A DNA stretch of 64,000 nt from the IMG/VR virus record IMGVR_UViG_3300010346_001536; one strand, written 5' to 3'. Source of the DNA: a virus. Taxonomy: Duplodnaviria; Caudoviricetes. The position numbers and the translations under genes were made by a program. The notes under the pieces were generated by a model. It was not told the origin of the DNA, searched no databases, and saw only the letters and a list, made by a program, of their open reading frames with translations. Positions 9,841 to 20,177 of this stretch are shown piece after piece (position 1 is the first letter of the stretch; each line of letters opens with the position of its first letter).

Positions 9841-10699
9841 ATAATTTTTTCACGGTTTGTTGTATGCCTTCTTCAAGACCAATTAATTTTGAAGATATAG
9901 GAAGTCTATACAAAATAGTAGAAGACCCAGTGTAAGAATTTGCTTCCTCCGTTTCATTCAATTGAATTTTTGGTTTAAATTTTCCAACATATTTATGTAT
10001 TAAACTAGCAATATCTAGCAAAGTTACTTTCTTATTATATACTAAGTTAATATTTTTTGGTATAATTTTATTTGTGTATGTTTTTATAATATAATCTATT
10101 ACTATGAATATATCATCAAGATAAAAATAATCCATTTTTTTATTTTGATGTATTATTATTGGCTTTCCATTTTTAAGATTTAGAATTCCATTTTTAATAA
10201 ATCGTTCGGGGTCATCATCCCAGTTAAAACACCCAAAAAGACGTAATATCCATATGTTGTTTAAGCTTTCTAAAACACGGCGAGTGATAATATTTTTTGA
10301 TAGTCCATATGGGTCAATAGGCCAAGAATATTTAATAATTTCTTCGGAACATTCTTGAATGGGGTATCTTCTATCAAACTCGGCCCCAGACCCAATTATA
10401 AAAATTTTTAGATGGTCCACGCCCGGCTTCATAGTATATGCGTATAAATTTTCGTACATTTTTATATTGGGAATAAAGACCTCTTCCCAAGTATCTATTT
10501 TAGTGCGCCTTCCTCCTTTTATAGCGGCATGTATAATAATATCGGGATTGGAATTCGTAATGTATTTATCTACTTGTTCGTAGTTAAGTAAATCCATTTC
10601 TGTACGTGAAGGAGCATCTACAATATATCCCGCGCTAATAAATAGCGGGACAAGATTTCGTGCTATGTAACCTTTTCCACCAGTAATTAATACTTTCAT
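9833..10699 (-). CDS. NAD-dependent epimerase/reductase (extended SDR)
   Basis: ITGGKGYIA, GSGAEF, YGLSK, LRLFG. Confidence 0.85.
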   Translation of the reverse strand: MKVLITGGKGYIARNLVPLFISAGYIVDAPSRTEMDLLNYEQVDKYITNSNPDIIIHAAIKGGRRTKIDTWEEVFIPNIKMYENLYAYTMKPGVDHLKIFIIGSGAEFDRRYPIQECSEEIIKYSWPIDPYGLSKNIITRRVLESLNNIWILRLFGCFNWDDDPERFIKNGILNLKNGKPIIIHQNKKMDYFYLDDIFIVIDYIIKTYTNKIIPKNINLVYNKKVTLLDIASLIHKYVGKFKPKIQLNETEEANSYTGSSTILYRLPISSKLIGLEEGIQQTVKKLYE

Positions 10700-11193
10700 T
10701 TTTTTAAATTTATGTAATAAGGAGCGGGGTGATGTAACATTTGGCGAATTTGAGATATTATTGGTTTAGAAGTCAAATCATCGGATGCTAAAGGATAACT
10801 AATACTAATATTATGTAATTTTAACATAATGGCTGAATCTTCATCGGCCCAATGTGTATAACCAAGATATCCGTAGTCTTTATTTCTACCACTTCCTACC
10901 AGCTTAATAGGAAGTTTTTCGATATGCATATAATTACGAATTAATTCAAAGGGGCGGTAAAGTAAAAATGGAGTTATGGAATAACAAATAGGAATTTTTC
11001 CTTCTAATGCGAATCCAGCTGCCATTCCAATCATTAATTGTTCGGCGGCACCTACATTATAAAATTGGTCGGGAAATTTGTCACGAATATTATCCCATAT
11101 GCCATATCCCATATCAGCAGTAAGTAATACAAATTTTTTGCCCTCTTCAGAGCACATTTCTTCGAATAATATTTTAGCAAAATTTTTTCTCAT
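10696..11193 (-). CDS. transketolase-like protein, pyrimidine-binding subunit
   Basis: LTADMG, NVGAAEQLMIGMAAGFALEG, GYTHWA. Confidence 0.85.
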   Translation of the reverse strand: MRKNFAKILFEEMCSEEGKKFVLLTADMGYGIWDNIRDKFPDQFYNVGAAEQLMIGMAAGFALEGKIPICYSITPFLLYRPFELIRNYMHIEKLPIKLVGSGRNKDYGYLGYTHWADEDSAIMLKLHNISISYPLASDDLTSKPIISQIRQMLHHPAPYYINLKK

Positions 11194-11825
11194 TGTGTCA
11201 TTTCTATTGCTAGTTTATAATCTGATTCTGACATAATATGATAATGAGCATTTAAATCATGTAAAAATGGAAAGTGTTCAGATGTACATTGAATTATTGA
11301 AATTTGATTTTTACTATTAAATCCCATAAGTTGAGCATTTAATTTAGAAAAATCAAGAGAGTCATAAGCACTATAACCATTAAACATGACATAAATATGA
11401 ATGTTAGGTACGTCATGGGTATCAATAAATTTAAGAGATTCCCAAATAATACCTTCGGAACATTCGCCGTCACTTATCATAACATGTACTTTGCGGTTTT
11501 TATTAGCAAGAGCTCGCCCAATTGCTACCGAAAGGCCCATACCCAGACTTCCGGTAGAACAATAAATATGATTTACTTCATCATGATGGGGATGTCCGCC
11601 ATGTTTCTTTAAAAGCATTTCAGCATCTATGCCAAAATATTTTTCAAGCACAACATATTGAGCTAAAGCAGCGTGTCCATTAGATAAAATAAAAATATCT
11701 TCTGGTTTCTTTTCTTTAAAGATAGAATCAATAGTATCTATACAAGATAAATAACTACCTAAATGAGATAATTTATTCTTGTACGCTATTTCAATAATAC
11801 GTCGTTTTAAATCTTTGTTTACCAT
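11190..11825 (-). CDS. transketolase-like protein, N-terminal TPP-binding subunit
   Basis: HLGSYLS, LSNGH, STGSLGMG, SDGECSEG...WE TPP motif. Confidence 0.85.
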   Translation of the reverse strand: MVNKDLKRRIIEIAYKNKLSHLGSYLSCIDTIDSIFKEKKPEDIFILSNGHAALAQYVVLEKYFGIDAEMLLKKHGGHPHHDEVNHIYCSTGSLGMGLSVAIGRALANKNRKVHVMISDGECSEGIIWESLKFIDTHDVPNIHIYVMFNGYSAYDSLDFSKLNAQLMGFNSKNQISIIQCTSEHFPFLHDLNAHYHIMSESDYKLAIEMTQ

Positions 11826-12784
11826 ACAAATTTATTTTTGTAGTACTTTACTATATTAGGTAGCTCGTCGACAAGTTCAAATTTGTTTGTCCATCCAAGA
11901 GCTCGTATTTTGCTATCATTTAAGCTATAACGAATGTCTTGTCCTTCTCGATTATATGAAAAATCACAATATTTCTCTGGATTAAAATTTATTATTTGAT
12001 TTTCTTTTCCATTATAAATTTTTACAATTTTTTTAATTAATATAATATTTGATAATTCGCAATTTCCTCCTATATTATAAATGCCTTCTGCTTTTTTATT
12101 TATTAATGTAGTAATGGCATTGGCAGTATCTCTAACATGTAACCAATTTCTTTTTGGAGTTCCCATATTGTGCAATGGAATTTTCTTTTTTAATGATAAA
12201 TACTTACAAGCTTTAGGTATAAGCTTTTCTGCATATTGACCTATGCCATAATTATTGGTAGGTCTAACAATAATATAAGGAACCTTGAAAGTTCTTCCCC
12301 ATGCCAAAATTAACATATCTGCTGCGGCTTTTGTTGCAGAATAAGGATTGGATGGTCGAAGAAGGTCATTTTCAGTATGAGCTCCCTCTTCGATGTCTCC
12401 GTACACTTCATCGGTACTAAAATGGAGTAAAGTTGGCATACGAAATTTATCTTTGGTTTTAATTAGCTCCAGGAGATGATGTACGCCATTTATATTTGAA
12501 TGTAAAAATTCTGTACTACTAATAATAGAATTATCTACATGGGTTTCGGCTGCAGTATTAATAATATAATCACAATCATATAATCTATCTAAATTATTAA
12601 TATCTGTTTGAATAAATTTAAATGCATTAGGACCCCACTCATTAAAACTCTTTAAATATTCGGGATTGGAAGCATATGTCATTTTATCAATTCCAATAAC
12701 ATGCCACCCCTGTTCCAAACAGGCTTTGGTGACATAGCTTCCGATGAATCCTAAACATCCAGTTACATATACAATTTTTTTCAT
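11819..12784 (-). CDS. rfbB: NDP-glucose 4,6-dehydratase (RmlB/RfbB-like)
   Basis: TGCLGFIG, AAETHVD, STDEVYG, PYSATK, NNYG. Confidence 0.85.
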   Translation of the reverse strand: MKKIVYVTGCLGFIGSYVTKACLEQGWHVIGIDKMTYASNPEYLKSFNEWGPNAFKFIQTDINNLDRLYDCDYIINTAAETHVDNSIISSTEFLHSNINGVHHLLELIKTKDKFRMPTLLHFSTDEVYGDIEEGAHTENDLLRPSNPYSATKAAADMLILAWGRTFKVPYIIVRPTNNYGIGQYAEKLIPKACKYLSLKKKIPLHNMGTPKRNWLHVRDTANAITTLINKKAEGIYNIGGNCELSNIILIKKIVKIYNGKENQIINFNPEKYCDFSYNREGQDIRYSLNDSKIRALGWTNKFELVDELPNIVKYYKNKFVW

Positions 12785-12792
12785 ATTTTATT

Positions 12793-13110
12793 TTAGTAAA
12801 ATTTAGATTGGTCGTTAGCTACCCAATAAGTATCCCATTCCCATTCTGTTTCTAATACGGTAGGAGGTCTAGGTATTTTAAGATGGTCAATGTGATAATT
12901 AGAGGATAATAATTTTTTAAAATCGGAAAAATGATTCCCTAGCTTTTCGCCTTCATATAGCTTGATGTTATCGCTATAAGTTTCTACTTGTAATTCTCGT
13001 ATTCGACTGTCATTTATAAAATCTATCAATCCGCGATTTGCGCCACAATAAATTAATGTTTTAGGACCATATGTTCGCGCAATATCTTTAACTAATGTGT
13101 ATTCATTCAT
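12793..13110 (-). CDS. hypothetical protein
   Basis: ORF inside the operon; start MNEYTLV overlaps the upstream stop codon. Confidence 0.5.
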   Translation of the reverse strand: MNEYTLVKDIARTYGPKTLIYCGANRGLIDFINDSRIRELQVETYSDNIKLYEGEKLGNHFSDFKKLLSSNYHIDHLKIPRPPTVLETEWEWDTYWVANDQSKFY

Positions 13111-13817
13111 ATTTTCTTTTCTTTTCTTTTTTTCATGACAAAATACCAATTCCAGCTACGCCTAAGTTCTTCGGGCATTGTTTCTTCGGAATCTATTCTA
13201 GGATAATCGGGGGTTAATAGACAAGATGGATACACTGAATCCATTTCTATTCCATGAATATACATAAAATAAATAAAATTATCGTAATCCCATAATCCTC
13301 GATATAAAAATTGATGGGCCATACGCCAATTTGGTACACTTACAAATAAAGTGGAATGTTCATTCATAAGAGAATTAATTTTATTAACAATATTAGAAGG
13401 TGCGAGTAAATGTTCTAATGTATCATTAATAATTATTAAATCGTATAATGAATTTAATCCGCTTGTGTCTAAATCAATACTAATATCTTTAATAAAGAAT
13501 TTACCAATAAAATTATTATCTTCAAAGTATTTTTTAGCCAATGGTTTATCAATAAGATGATATTCAATGGGATTAGGAAGCAAGTTCTGGATTTTTTGAC
13601 TAAGTACTCCGGGACCAGACCCAATTTCGAGAATGGACTTAGCATTACATTCAGTAATAATATTATATAATATTTTTGCTTCATAATCGTAACGATTATC
13701 CCATCCTGGTTCGTTAAGACGCAATGTATCCTTCCATTCATTAGCATCTAACGTATCAATCATATTAGAAACGAATGTTTTCTCGAAATCGTTATGTTTT
13801 ATGCGAAAAATTGCCAT
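13107..13817 (-). CDS. class I SAM-dependent methyltransferase
   Basis: ILEIGSGPG, DTLEHL, VSVPN. Confidence 0.8.
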   Translation of the reverse strand: MAIFRIKHNDFEKTFVSNMIDTLDANEWKDTLRLNEPGWDNRYDYEAKILYNIITECNAKSILEIGSGPGVLSQKIQNLLPNPIEYHLIDKPLAKKYFEDNNFIGKFFIKDISIDLDTSGLNSLYDLIIINDTLEHLLAPSNIVNKINSLMNEHSTLFVSVPNWRMAHQFLYRGLWDYDNFIYFMYIHGIEMDSVYPSCLLTPDYPRIDSEETMPEELRRSWNWYFVMKKRKEKKI

Positions 13818-15127
13818 AATCTTTTTGTAAAAAATTTATTTATTGTTTCTTGAACATAATCTAATTGTTCCGGAGTAATAATGGGGCTGGTTCCTAAAAA
13901 AAGAGTATCAGTTGTAACTTTTGTTGCCACAGGATATCTTGTATGAGCATTATTAAATGTATCTAGGTATCTATAAGCGGGTTGAAGTAAAATATTGCCG
14001 CCGAAGTAATTTCTAGTTTGAATCTTATTTTCTTCCATGTAACGGGTGAACTGAGAACGCTTAAACGGGGCTTCATCTCTCACAGTAATGGGAAAAGCGA
14101 ACCACGAAGGGCTGGCTTTTGGGGTGGCACGATGGATATGAAAAAACTCCTCATATGGTTTGAAGATTTCTGTTAATCGGGCATGATTAGAATTGCGTTT
14201 AATACGAATTAGGGGTAGCTTATCTAATTGTGCAAGTCCCATTGAACATTGAAGTTCAATTGGCTTTAAATTGTATCCGATATTTTCATAAACATACTTG
14301 TGGTCAAATATTTCATTTGGGAGAGAAGGCAGCCATGCTTTAAAACGACAACCACATGTTCCTTTAGTTGAAAGATTAGCTTTTTTTCCAACACAATAGC
14401 ATCCGCGTCCCCAGTCTCGAAGACTTCTTATTATTTTTTCATCTTGTTGATTACAGGCAACAAATCCTCCCTCTCCCATAGTAATATGATGGGCGGGGTA
14501 GAAGGAAGCGGTTGCCATACGTCCAAAAGAACCAAGAGGAATATTGTTGTACTTTGAACCCACAGCATCACAACAATCTTCCAGTAATGTTAAATGATAT
14601 TTATTTACAATTTCCATTACCCTATCCATATTGGGGGGATTTCCAAGAACGTGAGCAAACATTAAATGGGTATTGGTACTGGCTTCCATTTCTACTTGGT
14701 CGAGATTTAAATTTAATGTTTCTAATTCAATATCTACAAATGTTGGTTTAAGACCTAGTTGGAGAGCGGGGTTGACGGTAGTTGGAAATCCTGCCACTGG
14801 TAAAATTATTTTGAAGTTTTCGGCGTGTCTCTTATTTGCTATTATAGTAGCAATCATAAGTAAATTAGAACTAGACCCACTATTAGTTACAATACCATGT
14901 GATTTTCCAAGAATAGATGCAAATTGTTTTTCAAATTTTTGAGCGTCTTGTCCGAGTACTAACCATTCTTCAAGTAAAGTACTTATAGCATTAATATATT
15001 CATTATGGTCATAATATGGTCCGGAATATTGAACCCAGTCTTTTCCGGGAGTCCATGTTTTTTTTGCATGTTTTTCAATAATATATTGAGAAACAAGTTT
15101 TAAAATTTGTTCTTTGGCTTCTTTCAT
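13799..15127 (-). CDS. rfbH: NDP-4-keto-6-deoxyglucose 3-dehydrase (E1, RfbH/DdhC)
   Basis: NSGSSSNL, EDCCDA, SFYPAHHITMGEGG (His in place of the PLP Lys) and the Fe-S motif DWGRGCYC...TCGCRF. Confidence 0.88.
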   Translation of the reverse strand: MKEAKEQILKLVSQYIIEKHAKKTWTPGKDWVQYSGPYYDHNEYINAISTLLEEWLVLGQDAQKFEKQFASILGKSHGIVTNSGSSSNLLMIATIIANKRHAENFKIILPVAGFPTTVNPALQLGLKPTFVDIELETLNLNLDQVEMEASTNTHLMFAHVLGNPPNMDRVMEIVNKYHLTLLEDCCDAVGSKYNNIPLGSFGRMATASFYPAHHITMGEGGFVACNQQDEKIIRSLRDWGRGCYCVGKKANLSTKGTCGCRFKAWLPSLPNEIFDHKYVYENIGYNLKPIELQCSMGLAQLDKLPLIRIKRNSNHARLTEIFKPYEEFFHIHRATPKASPSWFAFPITVRDEAPFKRSQFTRYMEENKIQTRNYFGGNILLQPAYRYLDTFNNAHTRYPVATKVTTDTLFLGTSPIITPEQLDYVQETINKFFTKRLWQFFA

Positions 15128-15825
15128 TATAGTAAATTTTTATTAATAATGACAGAATTTAAGCTATCTCCTTTTATAAACTTATATTCTTTAGGTAATA
15201 TTTCTAATATTTTATTATGTGGAGTAATACATGTTTCTATAATTATTAATTTTGGCAAATGCTTAGAAAAGTCCATTCCACGGAGTACGTATAATTCATG
15301 AGATTCTACATCTATAGACATAACATCTATAATATTTGGAACATTATGTTCTATTAGTATTTCTGACGTTTTTCGGCAATTAACTTTTCTACCTTTCCAA
15401 TCATACGGTACAAAATCTTTATCTGGTTCTTCTTTACTATCACCACAAAGTTCCTGGTCTTTTCCCATTACCATTACTTTGTTGGAATCAGATACCGCAC
15501 AATTAGCAAATTGTACCCTGGTTTGTTGTTCTAGTGTAAGAATTTTATCTAACAGTGGTATAAGCTCATTTGTAAGAAGTTCTTTAATGGGTTCTATATA
15601 TAAACCACTCCATCCATGTTCTAAGAATTCTATTGTATTTGAAAATCCTCTGACTAACTGGTCTGGGGGAACTATTCTCCGTGGCTTTTTCATGAGATGC
15701 CAATTAGCTGTAAATCCTACTCCGATTTCTACAAAAAATTCATCGATTACATTAGAAAAATATTGATTATATATTTCAGCTAACCACGGACTTTGATGTC
15801 CAATATTTTCTTTTTTAAATTCCAT
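15127..15825 (-). CDS. FkbM family methyltransferase
   Basis: FVEIG, GWSGLYIEP, IDVMSIDVESHELYVLRGMDF...LIIIE. Confidence 0.8.
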   Translation of the reverse strand: MEFKKENIGHQSPWLAEIYNQYFSNVIDEFFVEIGVGFTANWHLMKKPRRIVPPDQLVRGFSNTIEFLEHGWSGLYIEPIKELLTNELIPLLDKILTLEQQTRVQFANCAVSDSNKVMVMGKDQELCGDSKEEPDKDFVPYDWKGRKVNCRKTSEILIEHNVPNIIDVMSIDVESHELYVLRGMDFSKHLPKLIIIETCITPHNKILEILPKEYKFIKGDSLNSVIINKNLL

Positions 15826-15834
15826 AATGTTTCT

Positions 15835-15862
15835 ACTATATCATTTTATTGAATTTTAGCAA
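15835..15862 (-). promoter_or_regulatory. sigma70-type promoter
   Basis: Minus strand TTGCTA-16 nt-TATAGT with TG extension, 9 nt before the ATG at 15825. Confidence 0.5.
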
Positions 15863-15863
15863 T

Positions 15864-17510
15864 TTATTTTAATAGGGGTTTAATATATTTGTCAAAGAAT
15901 TTATTATTATCATACCACCATTGGTCTGCGATTTTAAAATTTGTTTTAACGAATTCGTGTCGAGATTCGTAATCTTTTTCAGTTAATGAATTAATAATTT
16001 CTAATAATTCTTCAAAGGTTTCAAATGTATAAAATCCACGAATGTCAAAGAATTCATTGATATTTGGGCATCCGTGATAAATAGGAATGGTTCCAGTAAG
16101 AAAACAATCTAATATTTTTTCTGTAAAATAATTTTTACATTTCCCATTTTCAATAGCAATAGAAAATCGATAATCTTTTAAAGCTTCTATTTTTCCCATT
16201 ATTTCTCGTATGCCAACGCCAAAAACATCAAATTTTTTGCAATTTTTAGATATAAGATAATTAAGACACCCCAAACGAAATTTATGTCCATCGGTAAAAG
16301 TTTTATTGGATGTAATAAAAGAAATCATTTTATTTTTGGGATAAAGTTGAATTAAAGAATTATCTTGTAAAATAGGATATGTTTGTAGGTGAATATTTTT
16401 ATTTAAAACAACTTCATAAGCCGAGTTTCGAAATATAGCATTAGGAAGTTTTAATAATTCTTCGTTATGAGTTAAAATTTTAGTGAATTTAGAAGCATTT
16501 TCTTTTACGGCTGAATATACTTTGCTTTGTTCAAAGAGATATGGGGGTTCATGTATATCTGCTACTACTTTTCCATTAGGAAATGGAATTGTTCCATTTA
16601 ATATTTTTATAATAGAATCATCTTGAACAAAAGTAATGTCAAATTCTCCTTCGGTCTGATTATAAATAAAAGAACATTTAGTAGGTATGCTATTTCTTTC
16701 TTTGTAATCGCCTATAAAATTGATTAGAGGAAGTTTTTCTCCCTTCAATTCGTCGCGGGTTGTTACTCGTCGGTACACTTTTTTATTTCGAATTTCTGTT
16801 TCATATTTTGCATTGTCGGCCGATTCTCTTTCACGACTGCGAGCGGGTCTGGATGCGTTATAGACATAAGTGGGAAAATCTATTACTCCAATTTTTTCGG
16901 GCGGGCACATTTCTAACATTGGAAACATTAATGATAAGTCATGGGCGTGCCAAAACATTTTCCCATCAAATTTAGATATAAAATCTTTGGGGTCTATAGC
17001 CTTAACTAAAAATTTTCGGTATGCTCGAAGATGTGATGCTCTCCATTTATCTCTACGATAAAACTGATGTTTGTGAATAAAAGGATGGTACGGAGTATTC
17101 TGGGGATTTCCTTCTTTTAAATCTTCTGTACCATCATATACTAACATTTTTCCATATGACATCCAGTAATCATAAAGATTATATGTGTTATTAAGTCGTT
17201 CTAATACGCGGGAGGTTGGGAACCAATCGTCTCCATCCAGATTGAGTATGATATCGTTGTCTTCGGCATATTCAAATCCGGACATGTAATTCTGAGCTGC
17301 TCCCCGATTGGCAGTATTACGAATATATACAAATTTTTCATTTCCTTTAGAAAGACGTTGAATTTCACGTCCTGTATTATCTGTAGAATTATCATCAAAA
17401 TATATGACTTTATAATTATAATAAGTTTGCTCAACAATGCTTTCATAATAAGTTTCTACCCAATCTTCATTGTTGTAAGATGGAGTTATAATAATAAATT
17501 TGTTATTCAT
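15864..17510 (-). CDS. two-domain glycosyltransferase: GT2 plus GT10 (fucosyltransferase)-like
   Basis: N-terminal ITPSYN, DDNSTD, LDGDD; C-terminal YRFSIAIEN...YFTEKILDCFLTGTIPIYHG. Confidence 0.8.
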   Translation of the reverse strand: MNNKFIIITPSYNNEDWVETYYESIVEQTYYNYKVIYFDDNSTDNTGREIQRLSKGNEKFVYIRNTANRGAAQNYMSGFEYAEDNDIILNLDGDDWFPTSRVLERLNNTYNLYDYWMSYGKMLVYDGTEDLKEGNPQNTPYHPFIHKHQFYRRDKWRASHLRAYRKFLVKAIDPKDFISKFDGKMFWHAHDLSLMFPMLEMCPPEKIGVIDFPTYVYNASRPARSRERESADNAKYETEIRNKKVYRRVTTRDELKGEKLPLINFIGDYKERNSIPTKCSFIYNQTEGEFDITFVQDDSIIKILNGTIPFPNGKVVADIHEPPYLFEQSKVYSAVKENASKFTKILTHNEELLKLPNAIFRNSAYEVVLNKNIHLQTYPILQDNSLIQLYPKNKMISFITSNKTFTDGHKFRLGCLNYLISKNCKKFDVFGVGIREIMGKIEALKDYRFSIAIENGKCKNYFTEKILDCFLTGTIPIYHGCPNINEFFDIRGFYTFETFEELLEIINSLTEKDYESRHEFVKTNFKIADQWWYDNNKFFDKYIKPLLK

Positions 17511-18319
17511 ACTTTAATGGAATTCCATTCGGGGGGGAAGTAATTTCCATTGATAAAATCAAATTCCCCTGGTCCTGTATATTGGTATGGGCATATTACA
17601 ATTTTATTGGGCGATTGATTTAAGTATGCGCCCCACCAACTAAAGGTGGAATTGGCAATGATGTTATGATTACATAAAGACATGATACACATATCTTCAT
17701 ATTGAGTGTGGCCTTCACTATAAATTATATTATCTCCAGTTATATTTTCTTTACACCATTTAATATCATCTGAAAAAATTATTACTTGAACTTCTTGATT
17801 AAGTTTGTCTAAAATAAGATTATAAGCATCATAATAATATTGAGGTGTTAAATTTAAAGAAGATACAAATAAGTAATCAGTCCGTCTAAAATGCATAGAT
17901 ACTGTAGGTATAGTAAATGAAGATAAAAATGATTTTGCTTTTTTTATAATTTCTGGTTTAAATTGAAATTCTTTAAGTAACTCATTTTTATTATCATGCC
18001 AGTAATGGTACGTATGAAATATTCCTTGTAAATTCCAGTTTTTATGAGGGTCTAATGTATAAATTTCTTCATCGATTAGAATATTTTTAATTTTATAAAT
18101 AGAAAATGGTAAGTTTAGTTTTTTTTGAGCTATGATTGGCATAGTTAAAGTATTAAATGCTTCGTAAAGTTTAACTTTTCGATGAATTTGCATAAATTCT
18201 TCGAAAAATATAAGACTATGCCCTGTTTTTTTAGATATTGAATATAATGCAGCATATTGGCCCATTTGAGAGCCAAATTGGGGACCAAGAGATAAATCTG
18301 TTTTGGTTAAATATTTCAT
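17507..18319 (-). CDS. alpha-1,2-fucosyltransferase family (GT11)
   Basis: GSQMGQYA, HFRRTDY, FSDD, IIANSTFSWWGAYL. Confidence 0.88.
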   Translation of the reverse strand: MKYLTKTDLSLGPQFGSQMGQYAALYSISKKTGHSLIFFEEFMQIHRKVKLYEAFNTLTMPIIAQKKLNLPFSIYKIKNILIDEEIYTLDPHKNWNLQGIFHTYHYWHDNKNELLKEFQFKPEIIKKAKSFLSSFTIPTVSMHFRRTDYLFVSSLNLTPQYYYDAYNLILDKLNQEVQVIIFSDDIKWCKENITGDNIIYSEGHTQYEDMCIMSLCNHNIIANSTFSWWGAYLNQSPNKIVICPYQYTGPGEFDFINGNYFPPEWNSIKV

Positions 18320-19311
18320 GCGTAAATAGCATCTTTTATTATTTCCAGCCATTTATTTACATTGCCGTACGGACTATCTTTAAATTTACTTTTAGCATAA
18401 TGGCTTGCTCCTTCATAATAATCTTTATTTAAAAGCAAAATAGCTTGATGTCTAGCTTGATGTATATCATGTATATCTACGCTTAATTCGGGGAAAAATT
18501 TAATTTGTGTATCTACCTTTTCATTGCCAATGCACGGAATTCCATAATATGCACAATTTAAACTAAATGTTCCCGCAGCAATTGTTGGCATGAGATTTAC
18601 AGCATATTTAAAAGTTGAAAGTTGTTCCATCCATTTTGTCCAGAAAACCCAAGGTAAATGTTTTAAATTTGGAACTTGTTCTTCACCTTTACGTTTACAA
18701 TGAGACGCGGGAACATAAATTGGACATTGAAATTCTGTAGCTACAAGGTAACTTTGAAATCCTCCATACCACCGACAAAAATTTCCTCCTATAATAGCTT
18801 TATTTTCTGGAGTTGCAATAAACGGGCATGTATCATTATTAATAATCATTAAAGTTGGAATTACTTTAACACGAGTTTGGGGGAACAATCCTTTATAAAA
18901 ATGGGTGTCATATTCATTATGTGCAAATATAATATTACATTCAGCCAGCTGATTATAGAAATTAAACTGATTTACTAAATCATACTCATTGAAAAACCAA
19001 GCCGGGCCTTCTTGAATAGCACATACAATTTGATTGGTTTGTTTAAGGCATGTTACAATATTACTAGAATAAATACTAATGTCTTTATCAATTTCCGGCG
19101 TAGTCATTTCAATACCTACAGCATTTAATTTAACTGTGGCTTTAGGAAAGATAATAAATACAACATCATAATCATGAACATGTGAATAATTATGAATATT
19201 AAAATGGTCGGCTTTTAAAGCATACATCCAAGCAAATTCAGTTCGCATGTTATTATGATTTGAAGGAATTTGACCCGCGAAACCCATTTCAGTTAAAAAT
19301 GCACTTTTCAT
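18316..19311 (-). CDS. hypothetical protein, possible GT-B glycosyltransferase
   Basis: Lies within the GT operon; C-terminal AAGTFSLNCAYYGIPCIG resembles a GT-B nucleotide-binding segment. Confidence 0.5.
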   Translation of the reverse strand: MKSAFLTEMGFAGQIPSNHNNMRTEFAWMYALKADHFNIHNYSHVHDYDVVFIIFPKATVKLNAVGIEMTTPEIDKDISIYSSNIVTCLKQTNQIVCAIQEGPAWFFNEYDLVNQFNFYNQLAECNIIFAHNEYDTHFYKGLFPQTRVKVIPTLMIINNDTCPFIATPENKAIIGGNFCRWYGGFQSYLVATEFQCPIYVPASHCKRKGEEQVPNLKHLPWVFWTKWMEQLSTFKYAVNLMPTIAAGTFSLNCAYYGIPCIGNEKVDTQIKFFPELSVDIHDIHQARHQAILLLNKDYYEGASHYAKSKFKDSPYGNVNKWLEIIKDAIYA

Positions 19312-20156
19312 AAATTATTTTGAGTATAAGATTTAATGCGGTCTCTCCAATATTCGAAATATGCTTTATCTAAGTTCCATTCAGTATTAATAATTCGGTC
19401 ATATTCTTTATTTAAAAATTCTTCGGTAACTTGATTCCAATTTTCAATAAAACAGATTGGTAAGTCTTCATAATAAGTTGTATTAATATTACGTTTCATT
19501 ATTGGGATAGTATCCATATATAAACTTTCCCAATTTCTATGGCAATCTATTCCATTACCTTCGGGACATATAACAAATTTATGATGATAGATATTATCAA
19601 TATAATTATCAAAATCAAAAATGTTTGGACGATAAATAGATGTTACATATGGTTTGTTGGCTAATACCTTATATGCTTCTAATCGGTCTTCAATATTAGC
19701 TTGATGTGTGCTATGACACATAAACACTAAGTTTCTAAGCGTTTTTTCTTCTTGAATTTTTTGCAACATTTTTTCTTCTTTACGAATATGATGAAATTCG
19801 AATCGTTGTAGATTTTCTATTCCTAGAGGAACCGATTCTATACGTTCTCCAATGACTTGTATATTTGGTGAAAACCATCTAATAATGTTAGGGGTTATTT
19901 GAGCATATAAATCGGGAGTTATGCTTTTATCACTATTATGGGAAATAAATATAATTTTTTTCTTTAAAGTGGCAAGCAGCGGAAGTACCTTAGAAATGTT
20001 AGTTCCAGCAGTATAAATTAAAGGAATGCCGGTAAAAGCTTCGATGGCTTCTGAAGAAAATGTGTGAGGAATTTTCAAATAATCTTCATCATTATTCATA
20101 TCTGTATAGCAGAAATCCGCTATTTCAGCGAATAAGTCTCCACGAATAAATTTCAT
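19308..20156 (-). CDS. exostosin/GT47-like glycosyltransferase
   Basis: HNSD, KFVICPEGNGIDCHRNWESLY...IPI. Confidence 0.7.
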   Translation of the reverse strand: MKFIRGDLFAEIADFCYTDMNNDEDYLKIPHTFSSEAIEAFTGIPLIYTAGTNISKVLPLLATLKKKIIFISHNSDKSITPDLYAQITPNIIRWFSPNIQVIGERIESVPLGIENLQRFEFHHIRKEEKMLQKIQEEKTLRNLVFMCHSTHQANIEDRLEAYKVLANKPYVTSIYRPNIFDFDNYIDNIYHHKFVICPEGNGIDCHRNWESLYMDTIPIMKRNINTTYYEDLPICFIENWNQVTEEFLNKEYDRIINTEWNLDKAYFEYWRDRIKSYTQNNL

Positions 20157-20177
20157 ATTATATTATTTATTTATTTA

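Noticed and set aside
10696-11825. Pentose-phosphate transketolase as an auxiliary metabolic gene, or a broken pseudogene
   Set aside because: Both ORFs are intact, coupled by overlap, lack the C-terminal domain and sit among NDP-sugar genes, which fits sugar-branching enzymes.
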